A stretch of 29,199 bases of DNA, taken from positions 1 through 29,199 of IMG/VR virus record IMGVR_UViG_3300039441_000233. The stretch is one strand, 5' to 3'. The notes beneath the pieces are model-generated. The model did no database searches, had not been told where the DNA came from, and saw only the letters and a program-made list of their open reading frames with translations. Shown piece after piece: positions 8,453 through 15,956 of this stretch. The stretch is from a virus. Taxonomy: Duplodnaviria > Caudoviricetes. The translations under genes were made by a program, and so were the position numbers. Position 1 is the first letter of the stretch. Each line of letters opens with the position of its first letter.

Positions 8453-9687
8453 TATGCAAACTCCAGAATAAATGCCACACCAGATGCGCCATTACCGCCC
8501 TGATATACTGTATTGGTGAACGCAACATCATATGCGCCACCGCCGCCGCCGCCAGGTACCTGTGCGTTAGTCCCGCGACCGTTACCAGAGCGTCCTCCGC
8601 TTCCCCACAGACTGCCGCCACCACTGCCATTTATGAAGTAAGCGCCCGCCTGACCGTCATTACCTATACCACCGGTAATGTTCAGAATGCCCCCGGTAGC
8701 TGTTCCGCCAGCGCCGCCTGGCGTGGATGTCGACGATGTATAACCACCTTTACGACCGCCGCCCGCGACCATCCCGGCAAATGTCGTATTCCCGCCATCG
8801 TTCTGACCTGTACCACCCGCGCCAATCGTAATTGTCCTGTTCACGATGTCAGACAGGTTGAAGAGCCCAAAGCATGTCCCGCCTGCGCCGCCGCCTGCTC
8901 CAGAGAAGGTCTGTGTTGTATTTGTTGCCTGGCAGTTTCCACCACTACCACCGGCTCCGGTGATGATCGACAGCAATGTTTTTGTCCCTGGCGTCTCCAC
9001 ATACAACGTGGACGCGTTGTAGACACGAACACCTATTAACCGACCGACAACGTCACTCGCCAGCCCTCCTGATAAATGAAGGTTTTCGAGAACTTTGTCA
9101 ATCAGTCCGGCGTCGGCCATTTCTTTGAGCGCATTCTTGATAAGCGGATACTGAGAGTGTGGATTCGCTTTCGCCTCATGCGCTTTGACCTGCTTATCGA
9201 CATAGCTCTTTACCTCGATGACCGCATCGTCGACATATTTTCGGGTTGCCAGCACGACTGAGGGGTCGATTTTTAATGTGATCGCCGACGTACTCGAGAC
9301 AACAAGAATCATGCGAATGGTCTGCGTTCGACCGCTCCCCTCGGCCAGTAACGGCTTGTAGGTTTCCGGGCAGTTGGCAACAGCAATCAAAATGCCATCG
9401 TCATCATAAAGACCGATTTCACGGATGAAGAAACCGCCCTCATTTTCCGGGATAATTTGCTCGGCAATAATCTGACCGGCATCGTTAGCATCCACGCCCA
9501 GTGAATTAATCGGCGCAATGCGGGTCTGGTTAATGAGCTTTGTCTGAGCCGGGTCAGGGGTCGGCAATGTACCGCCTCCGTCACCGACGGCCATTTGTGT
9601 AATATTCAGTTTGGTACCGAGCGCGGTCGCGTTTGCCAGTCGCGCCGCGCCCTGATTGGTCAGGATGGCAAAATATTTTGTTGTCAT
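8452..9687 (-). CDS. H: Tail fibre protein gpH (203-aa constant N-terminus + 208-aa glycine-rich variable tip)
   Basis: P2 gpH N-terminus 'KYFAILTNQGAARLANA..MAVGDGGG..IIAEQIIPENEGGFFIREIGL..NCPETYKP..EGSGRTQTIRM'; Gly-rich C-terminal half. Confidence 0.93.
   Translation of the reverse strand: MTTKYFAILTNQGAARLANATALGTKLNITQMAVGDGGGTLPTPDPAQTKLINQTRIAPINSLGVDANDAGQIIAEQIIPENEGGFFIREIGLYDDDGILIAVANCPETYKPLLAEGSGRTQTIRMILVVSSTSAITLKIDPSVVLATRKYVDDAVIEVKSYVDKQVKAHEAKANPHSQYPLIKNALKEMADAGLIDKVLENLHLSGGLASDVVGRLIGVRVYNASTLYVETPGTKTLLSIITGAGGSGGNCQATNTTQTFSGAGGGAGGTCFGLFNLSDIVNRTITIGAGGTGQNDGGNTTFAGMVAGGGRKGGYTSSTSTPGGAGGTATGGILNITGGIGNDGQAGAYFINGSGGGSLWGSGGRSGNGRGTNAQVPGGGGGGAYDVAFTNTVYQGGNGASGVAFILEFA
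9067..9092 (-). repeat. Right invertase crossover site inside H (one half degenerate)
   Basis: Minus strand TTCTCGAAAACC-TT-CATTTATCAGGA (codons V-L-E-N-L-H-L-S-G). Outer half is close to hix; core TT is in the same codon phase as the left site. Confidence 0.72.
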
Positions 9688-10295
9688 GCGCTTACTCGCA
9701 GGTTATCAATCAGATGAATGGCCGAAGCCGGATAAAACTCACCACCGACGACAATTTCCCCGGCGGCATAGGGATAAACGGTTAACAGGTCGCCGTCGTA
9801 GCAGCTTGCGCCCACATAAGCGCGCCCGGTGGTGCTCAGGCTGATAGCGAGCCCGGTCAGGTGTCGGCTTGCCGGTTTTGCCCCTTCAATCAGCCGCTCG
9901 AGCTCGAGGTACATCTCATCGGTGATGCCGGTCTCGAGTACGCCTACCACAAGCCGGAAAGTTGCCGGCTCTTCGTTGAGTTCCCACCACTCCTTAACTT
10001 CAATCAGATAGCCCAGCGGCTCCACCACGCGCCGTAATGCGGCGATGGTGCCTTTGTGGGCGTGAACGTAAAATGCCGAAGCGATAACGCTACGTTTTGT
10101 CGCCTCCGGCCAGTTCTCATCCCACCGGTCAACCGAAAACGCCCACGCCAGATAGGGCAGCAACCGCACCGGGCAGGTGCGCCAGTTCCACAACGTGCGA
10201 AGCGGTACCGGCACACGCTCGATATCTGCGGCCGCGCGGGCGGCGGCAACCTCCAGCACCGACGAGCCAACGGGCAACAGCCGGTTATCACTCAT
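9684..10295 (-). CDS. I: Baseplate/tail protein gpI (203 aa)
   Basis: 'MSDNRLLPVGSSVLE', 'LLPYLAWAFSVDRWD', 'HAHKGTIAALRRVVEPLG'; start corrected to ATG 10295. Confidence 0.95.
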   Translation of the reverse strand: MSDNRLLPVGSSVLEVAAARAAADIERVPVPLRTLWNWRTCPVRLLPYLAWAFSVDRWDENWPEATKRSVIASAFYVHAHKGTIAALRRVVEPLGYLIEVKEWWELNEEPATFRLVVGVLETGITDEMYLELERLIEGAKPASRHLTGLAISLSTTGRAYVGASCYDGDLLTVYPYAAGEIVVGGEFYPASAIHLIDNLRVSA

Positions 10296-11196
10296 CGGCA
10301 CCCCCGTCAGCGATGCTGTATTCGGTGCAACAGGATGCCTGGTATTTACTGAGCACAATGTCAGCCAGTGGCGCGGTCAGTTCGACACGCTGCACCCCTT
10401 CGACGTGAAGGGCGGCATAAATGGCTGACTGACGAATGTCGCGGCCCAGTCGCTGTTGTGCGGTGATATACGCTTTGAGTTTTTCTTCAGCGGCCTGACG
10501 GATAGGCTCGGCTTCCGGCCCCGGATAAAAATAAAGGGTTGCGTCAATCTGGTACGGCACGATTTCAGCACTCTGCACCGTCACCCGGTCGCCTACGGGG
10601 CGCACCTCTTCAGCGTTCAGCGCTTTTTCCACGACGGCCAGCAGATCATCGGATGCGGTGCCGTCATCCTCGCGTGAAAGTACGGTGATGGTCACACAGG
10701 CCGGTGACGGGCTGACAACCGAGATATCAGCGACCCGCCCGTCAGCGCTGCGGCCGTGGTATTCATATGCGCCGACCGGGCCAGCCACGCTGAGCCCCTC
10801 ATACGCCTGTTGTGCGCGTAGCCGTAAATCAGCGTCAGATTCCATGACCGCCGGTGTCGGCGGGATGGTGCTGTCGTCGGCAGGCGTCACAACCTGACGC
10901 GCGGTGTTGTTGTTACCGGCCATGACGTCGAGATCGTTATTATTCGCATAGGCCAGTGTGCAGCCTTTCCCGGCATCGTTCACACGCTGACGCCAGATGA
11001 CCTCACGATAGGTGTTTTCCTCCAGATACTTCACCAGTGGCTCAGACTCGAGGGCGAGAGCGCGCGCAACAGCGTCCTGTTGCTCTTCAGGATAAAGCGA
11101 GACCAGCGTCGCTTTGCGTTCCGCGAGAATGGTTTCAAAGTCCAGCGTTTCCACGAAGTCGGGCGCGGGGAGCTGGCTCAGGTCGATGGTTGCCAT
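10288..11196 (-). CDS. J: Baseplate assembly protein gpJ
   Basis: 302 aa; 'IDLSQLPAP', 'EGLSVAGPVGAYEYH', 'VRPVGDRVTVQSA'. Confidence 0.96.
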   Translation of the reverse strand: MATIDLSQLPAPDFVETLDFETILAERKATLVSLYPEEQQDAVARALALESEPLVKYLEENTYREVIWRQRVNDAGKGCTLAYANNNDLDVMAGNNNTARQVVTPADDSTIPPTPAVMESDADLRLRAQQAYEGLSVAGPVGAYEYHGRSADGRVADISVVSPSPACVTITVLSREDDGTASDDLLAVVEKALNAEEVRPVGDRVTVQSAEIVPYQIDATLYFYPGPEAEPIRQAAEEKLKAYITAQQRLGRDIRQSAIYAALHVEGVQRVELTAPLADIVLSKYQASCCTEYSIADGGADE

Positions 11197-11200
11197 AGAT

Positions 11201-11548
11201 TCAACTCACAGGGATGGTTAAAGAAAGTGGTTTGCCGGTGGCTTTTATCTCGCCGGTCAGGTCGACAACCATCTGGCCGGTAAACTGGCGCTCGACCGTC
11301 AGCGCGCTGATGCTGATGCGCGGCTCCCACTTCAGCAGCGCCATATAACAGGCGCACATAATTTGCAGCTTCAGCGCGTCGGTCTGCGGCATATCAATCA
11401 GGGAGAACAGCAGCGAGCCATAATCGCGCCGCATCACGCGAGAGCCGACCGGCGTTCGCAGAATGTCGCCACAGCTCTGACTGATGTGCTCAGCGTCAGT
11501 GATAGCGCGCCCGGTCTCGCGATTCATGCCGATATAACGGGTCGTCAT
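11201..11548 (-). CDS. W: Baseplate wedge protein gpW (gp25-like)
   Basis: 115 aa; 'HISQS..DILRTPVGSRVMRRDYGS', 'KWEPRI'. Confidence 0.96.
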   Translation of the reverse strand: MTTRYIGMNRETGRAITDAEHISQSCGDILRTPVGSRVMRRDYGSLLFSLIDMPQTDALKLQIMCACYMALLKWEPRISISALTVERQFTGQMVVDLTGEIKATGKPLSLTIPVS

Positions 11549-12186
11549 TTCGTACCCTCCGTCCAGTCACCGCCGCGCTGAATACCGCCGTGACCGTGCT
11601 TATCCACCGCCACGCCGTTTGACGTGAATTTGCCGCCGGTGTGCGCGATATTGCCGCTCATCTTCCCGCCTTTGGTGACCTCGAGCTCGGCGGTCGTCAG
11701 TTTGTTGGTGCAGACCACTTCCGGGGTATCGAGGGTGATACGGGTCTCGGCTTTCACTGTCACCACCGGCACCGTCACGGCGATGGAATCCGATGCCGTC
11801 ACGTCTGCGGTTTTAATGCCGCTCACGGTCAGCGCGCCGGTCTCCGGCTCGTACTCAATAACCGCCCCATCAGGGAAGGTGATGTGAAATGCATCAGCCG
11901 ACGCCGACGGTGCGGGGTGGTCATCAGAGAAAATACCGGGCAGCACAAAGGCGGTATCGAGCTCGCCACCAATGGCAAACACGACAACCTGCTCACCCAC
12001 GGACGGCGCCCACCACGAGCGAGAGCGACCGGCGCGAGCCGTCAGCCACTGAAGCCAGTCAGTAACAATGCCGCCAGTCTGGACACGACAGCGGCCGTCA
12101 TCGAGGTCGATTTCGACAATGACGCCGGTGCGGATCATGTTGCGCAGGAGGCGCGATAATTCCTGAAGAGTTGCGAGAGTATTCAT
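11545..12186 (-). CDS. V: Baseplate spike protein gpV (213 aa)
   Basis: 'NMIRTGVI', 'WWAPSVGEQV', C-terminal HxH ('HGH') metal site; start corrected to ATG 12186. Confidence 0.96.
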   Translation of the reverse strand: MNTLATLQELSRLLRNMIRTGVIVEIDLDDGRCRVQTGGIVTDWLQWLTARAGRSRSWWAPSVGEQVVVFAIGGELDTAFVLPGIFSDDHPAPSASADAFHITFPDGAVIEYEPETGALTVSGIKTADVTASDSIAVTVPVVTVKAETRITLDTPEVVCTNKLTTAELEVTKGGKMSGNIAHTGGKFTSNGVAVDKHGHGGIQRGGDWTEGTK

Positions 12187-12253
12187 ACAGGGAAGGATGC
12201 CGCCCGGTGCTCTGAGCGGCAATTGATGTGGGTTTTATGACCTGTCACACAAC
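12187..12253 (-). promoter_or_regulatory. Late V promoter (Ogr/B site at about -56; probably leaderless transcript)
   Basis: GTTGTGTGACAGGTCATAAA (12253-12234) centred ~56 bp upstream of the ATG; -10-like CATCCT 7 nt before the ATG; no Shine-Dalgarno. Confidence 0.65.
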
Positions 12254-12256
12254 ATG

Positions 12257-13606
12257 CTAGTGAGGCGCTACAGAGATCTCCCGGCTGAAAGTAATAGGCT
12301 CCTTCAATTCCTCACAAACGATCTTAAATTTTATTACCCCTTGACCTTCTGAAATCGGAATTAATGTCAATTCATCGAACGTTAGCGATAGACTTTGTAA
12401 TAATTTCTTGGCTCGGAGCGTTACCCTGTTCCCATCATAGCTAATCCAATTCGAGGCGTTTACTGGTTGAATTCGGTCAAATACATTAGGTAGTGTGAAT
12501 TTTTCCAAGTCAGCGGATAGGATCGAGCCACCAAAATATTTCCCACTCAATAAGCTTTTTCTGACATCACCTATATGCTTCCTCGCTTGCTGTTTTTTTC
12601 GCTCACTTTCCACCGGACTCATTGGAATGTCGATGGTTGGCTTTTTTGTGAAGATATCTTCATTATCATAATTGAGTGCCGCTATAAAACTTGGTAATTC
12701 GATATCGATATGAATATCACTTGCGACCTTTTTCCCTAAATTCTCTAATGTTGGGGATATTGTATGGGAACATTCTTCTCGACACTTAAACAAGAACAGC
12801 TTTTTATTATAAGAATCTATCTCTTTATCTGATGGTAATTTATTATTGTATTCATCAATCTGCTCGTGAGTTATTAGTTCATTATATTCATGCGGCACAT
12901 CACTTCGATTTAAAGACGGTATGTATTTTTGTTCAAATCCATCTTCAGGTAACGTAAGGATAAGTTTTTCTTCCAGCATCAATAACTTTAACACTGGCAT
13001 ATCAGAGGTAAGTTGACTTTCATATTCCCTTAGCTTCTCTCGAAGTTTTCTATTCTCCGTGGATAGTTCAGCTAACTCATTAGACACCTCTTTTGGGGTG
13101 ACCTGATCCCCTCGAACCCATCCGACCCGTGGCGTTCTTCGCATTGCTTTGGGGAGTGCAATAGCAACTTGAGTAGCTAAATCGTCCATAGACTCCCAAA
13201 AATTACACATTTTGTTAGCTTTAGCTTTTTCAATAAAACGTTCTAGGTTTGCACTCTTTTGAGGATCGGATTCACGTTCATTTGGTAATGTCCCGACATT
13301 CCTATCTCGTATAAATGCAAGTACCGGAATGCCTAAGGATTTAGCATAATCATATTCCATCTCAGTGTAACTTAACCCCGTTGAAGCGACAGAACCATAC
13401 CTATGACCGATTATGATGATATAATAATCACTTCCTTCTATTGTTTCCCTTATAACCTCCCATTGTTCAGAATCATCAGCGCTAAACATTTCCATGCCAA
13501 CTGGGAAGTGATATAAGCTCAATACAGTTTCAATGATTTTTTTACGTGCCTTAAATAGATCTTCATAAGTTGAACTAACAAATATTTGGTATTTTTTTTC
13601 GTCCAT
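12257..13606 (-). CDS. DUF4062 (TIR/nucleoside-deoxyribosyltransferase-like) domain protein with coiled coil and unknown C-terminal domain; accessory moron
   Basis: 449 aa; 'KKYQIFVSSTYEDL..AR', 'PVGMEMF', 'SDYYIIIIGHRYGS', 'SYTEMEYDYA..GIPVLAF' are DUF4062 hallmarks; AT-rich; RBS AAGGAGG at 13617-13611. Confidence 0.85.
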   Translation of the reverse strand: MDEKKYQIFVSSTYEDLFKARKKIIETVLSLYHFPVGMEMFSADDSEQWEVIRETIEGSDYYIIIIGHRYGSVASTGLSYTEMEYDYAKSLGIPVLAFIRDRNVGTLPNERESDPQKSANLERFIEKAKANKMCNFWESMDDLATQVAIALPKAMRRTPRVGWVRGDQVTPKEVSNELAELSTENRKLREKLREYESQLTSDMPVLKLLMLEEKLILTLPEDGFEQKYIPSLNRSDVPHEYNELITHEQIDEYNNKLPSDKEIDSYNKKLFLFKCREECSHTISPTLENLGKKVASDIHIDIELPSFIAALNYDNEDIFTKKPTIDIPMSPVESERKKQQARKHIGDVRKSLLSGKYFGGSILSADLEKFTLPNVFDRIQPVNASNWISYDGNRVTLRAKKLLQSLSLTFDELTLIPISEGQGVIKFKIVCEELKEPITFSREISVAPH

Positions 13607-13664
13607 AACCCCTCCTTTTCATGAGAAAGAAAATACCAAAAAAAAGAGAAAACCCAAAGCTAAT

Positions 13665-14117
13665 CTACAGTTTTTCTAAACTGGTCAGAATCAATTCTTC
13701 AATGAGTTGCCCATCATCATTAGAAAGCCCCAGTAGACCACGAGCAGGGTATTTAACCGATTCGCTGTTTCGCCCTGGCTTATCTTTGAGGCCGTACTGA
13801 TGCACATTCGCCATCCGTTGCACCTTGCCGGTAAATTCCACGACTGCGGCGTCATTTCCTGCCGTGGCTTTCATAAAGCGACTGGTGCGGAGTTTGGCGA
13901 ACATTTCCCGCTTAACCCGGCCTTTCTTTGCTTTCACCGGCTGGCGCTTTCTCGCGGCGTAGGGGGTGCCGTCGGGCGCTTTCTGCGTTTTAATCCGGCG
14001 CTGTTGTCGGGTTCGCAGGGTCTTCGCGATATCTGCGGCCATCTTACGTCGGGCGGTCGGGGAGAGTGCCGCAATCAGCCCCGCGAGCTTATCCTCAAAC
14101 GGTTTAAAGTCATTCAT
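13665..14117 (-). CDS. S: Tail completion / virion morphogenesis protein gpS
   Basis: 150 aa; 'QQRRIKTQKAPDGTPYAARK', 'ANVHQYG', 'YPARGLLG'. Confidence 0.94.
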   Translation of the reverse strand: MNDFKPFEDKLAGLIAALSPTARRKMAADIAKTLRTRQQRRIKTQKAPDGTPYAARKRQPVKAKKGRVKREMFAKLRTSRFMKATAGNDAAVVEFTGKVQRMANVHQYGLKDKPGRNSESVKYPARGLLGLSNDDGQLIEELILTSLEKL

Positions 14118-14530
14118 ACCAGCGGCTCAGGCGGCTGAGGTTCCGGCACCGATTCAACGTGTAGCTTATCGCCATCCTCACGGACAATGGTGCGCTCGGT
14201 CAGCATCAGGCTGATACTGATATCGGCGCTGTCGTTATCGTTGATATCGGCAAAATAGGTGAAGCCCTTTTTACGCCCCTCATCGGTCGTCATGATGTCG
14301 GCCTGATGAATGCGTAACCATGCCTGAATCGGTACGAGCAGCAGCTCGATATCGCCGGTGAAATCGGTCACCACGACATTGAGCGTGTACTGATTTTCGA
14401 ACGACAGCGACGCCGCCAGTGTCGAGGCCAGTTTCCCGTTATCGATAAAAATGCGCATCATATCGGGGTTACGCGCCAGCACCGGCACGGCGTCAGTTAA
14501 GGCTTTTCGCAGACTCTTCGGCTTGTACAT
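14114..14530 (-). CDS. R: Tail completion protein gpR
   Basis: 138 aa; 'KPKSLRKAL', 'SLSFENQYTLNVVVTDF', 'DISISLMLTER'. Confidence 0.94.
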   Translation of the reverse strand: MYKPKSLRKALTDAVPVLARNPDMMRIFIDNGKLASTLAASLSFENQYTLNVVVTDFTGDIELLLVPIQAWLRIHQADIMTTDEGRKKGFTYFADINDNDSADISISLMLTERTIVREDGDKLHVESVPEPQPPEPLV

Positions 14531-14783
14531 CGATTTTATCCTGGCAGTTTTTCACGGTTCTGACCTGAAGCGCACAGCGCTCAAGGGCGCTTTCGAGCTG
14601 GCGTATATCCGCGCTCAGGTCACCATTGGTGGCCGGGTCACTTCCCGGCATCGGGCACAGGCTGACCCTCGGGCAGGCGTTGTAAACAATCACCGGCGTC
14701 GGCACAGGCGGCGCGCTGGTGCAACCGGCGCACAGCATCAGGCAAATCAGCGCTATACCAGCGGCGAAGCTGTTCGTTTTCAT
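14493..14783 (-). CDS. lysC: Outer-membrane spanin (Rz1-like lipoprotein)
   Basis: Signal peptide with lipobox 'LCAG-C', Pro-rich linker, 'CP.V..C..P....TNGDL'; overlaps the lysB 3' end in another frame. Confidence 0.9.
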   Translation of the reverse strand: MKTNSFAAGIALICLMLCAGCTSAPPVPTPVIVYNACPRVSLCPMPGSDPATNGDLSADIRQLESALERCALQVRTVKNCQDKIDVQAEESAKSLN

Positions 14784-15051
14784 TGAGTAACCTCGTTATG
14801 GTCTGTTCCCGACGTTGCGCCCGGGCGCCAGCATCGATGAGCTCACCGCGCAGTAAGACCTGAGCGGTTTCGTTTTCACTACGGATGCGGTGGGCGGTTT
14901 TAATCTGACTTTTCAGCATGCTAATCACCGTCTTTTGCTCACCGGCGACTTTGTTCGCCCGTTCAAATGAGCGGGTCAGGTTGGCGTTTTCGTGGCGCAT
15001 CCAGAGCAACCCGGCCACGGCCAGCACCAACAACACAATCAGCGTTTTCAT
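14638..15051 (-). CDS. lysB: Inner-membrane spanin (Rz-like)
   Basis: N-terminal TM, coiled coil, 'NENEQLRRWYSADLPDAVRRL'. Confidence 0.92.
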   Translation of the reverse strand: MKTLIVLLVLAVAGLLWMRHENANLTRSFERANKVAGEQKTVISMLKSQIKTAHRIRSENETAQVLLRGELIDAGARAQRREQTITRLLNENEQLRRWYSADLPDAVRRLHQRAACADAGDCLQRLPEGQPVPDAGK

Positions 15052-15557
15052 TGCGCCCCCTTCAGGCAGTAAGTACGCTCGCGAGAGCGGCGATTTTCGA
15101 GGCCGGTACTACGGACGCCATTCACAAACACCCAGCGGGTGAGCTGGTCACAGGCTTGCCACCATTGCCGGTGCTTCAGGTGATAAACCAGCGTTGAGCG
15201 ACAGGCCGCGCCGGTGCCGACGTTAAACGCGAAGCTGACCAGCGCGTCATAGACGGCGGGCGGCATCTGCACCGGCACACAGACCGCGAGGCGTTTCTCG
15301 ACGTTCAGCACGTCGGCGACCAGATTCGCGGCGGCTTCTTTCTCGGTGATATCCCGTTTCGGCACCACCCCGGCAGTGTGGCCAATGCCTGACGTCCACA
15401 CGCCCGCGCTGCACTGGTAAGGGCGCAACCGGCAACCCTCGAGGTCGGCAATCAGCGCGAGCCCCTCCGGCGAGGTGTGAAGCAAACGAAAATCAGGCAC
15501 CAGTGCCGCCAGCGCCAGCACGACAGCCACACTGCAACGTTTAACGATTGAGGCCAC
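15048..15557 (-). CDS. SAR endolysin, GH24 phage lysozyme
   Basis: Weakly hydrophobic N-terminal SAR segment; E40-X8-C49-X5-T55 triad; 'YDALVSFAFNVG', 'GLENRR..E'. Confidence 0.92.
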   Translation of the reverse strand: MASIVKRCSVAVVLALAALVPDFRLLHTSPEGLALIADLEGCRLRPYQCSAGVWTSGIGHTAGVVPKRDITEKEAAANLVADVLNVEKRLAVCVPVQMPPAVYDALVSFAFNVGTGAACRSTLVYHLKHRQWWQACDQLTRWVFVNGVRSTGLENRRSRERTYCLKGAQ

Positions 15558-15762
15558 GAATAACCCCCTTATCAGTCCCCATTGAAACGAGATAGCGATA
15601 CGTCTGACGGCGGTACCAGAAATTCACCAGCGCGGTAAAAATGGCACAGCCACCCCCGATAAAAATCGCCAGCTTTTCGGGCGTCTGCGTACCGAAATAC
15701 GCCAGCGCCACGGACAGCCAGTAGGTCAGAAAGGTCGTGATTTTTTCCATCGTCAGTCCCAC
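15541..15762 (-). CDS. Holin (HP1/186-type)
   Basis: 73 aa, two hydrophobic segments, 'IFTALVNFWYRR' and basic tail; between X and the endolysin. Confidence 0.85.
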   Translation of the reverse strand: MGLTMEKITTFLTYWLSVALAYFGTQTPEKLAIFIGGGCAIFTALVNFWYRRQTYRYLVSMGTDKGVIRGLNR

Positions 15763-15956
15763 AGGTTCACGGTCTCCGATACCGGCGCGGCGTCCACTTC
15801 AGGCAGACTGACCACCGTGCCATGTGGCAGGATGACGCCCAGCTCAGCGAGACCCGGATTGGCCGTTAATACCGCCTCGACCACACCCTCAGTGCGCCCG
15901 TAATGGCGCTGACATAACGTGTCGAGCGTGTCGCCCTGATGCGCGATAACGTTCAT
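15753..15956 (-). CDS. X: Tail protein gpX (67 aa)
   Basis: 'AHQGDTLDTLCQRHYGRT..VVEAVLTANPGLA..V.LWD'; start corrected to ATG 15956 (TGATG with L). Confidence 0.95.
   Translation of the reverse strand: MNVIAHQGDTLDTLCQRHYGRTEGVVEAVLTANPGLAELGVILPHGTVVSLPEVDAAPVSETVNLWD

Larger units (their letters stand above)
7007..9078. mobile_element. Invertible tail-fibre cassette (~2.07 kb)
   Basis: Bounded by inversely oriented 26-bp sites with the same TT core; contains two convergent (fibre tip + chaperone) pairs; adjacent invertase. Confidence 0.8.

Noticed and set aside
8440-9039. 199-aa Cys/Ala/Thr-rich plus-strand ORF
   Set aside because: Antisense shadow of the Gly codon-rich fibre tip.
15750-15762. 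Holin dual-start motif (Met1...Met5)
   Set aside because: No basic residue between the two Met codons as in lambda S107/S105; the start is simply uncertain.
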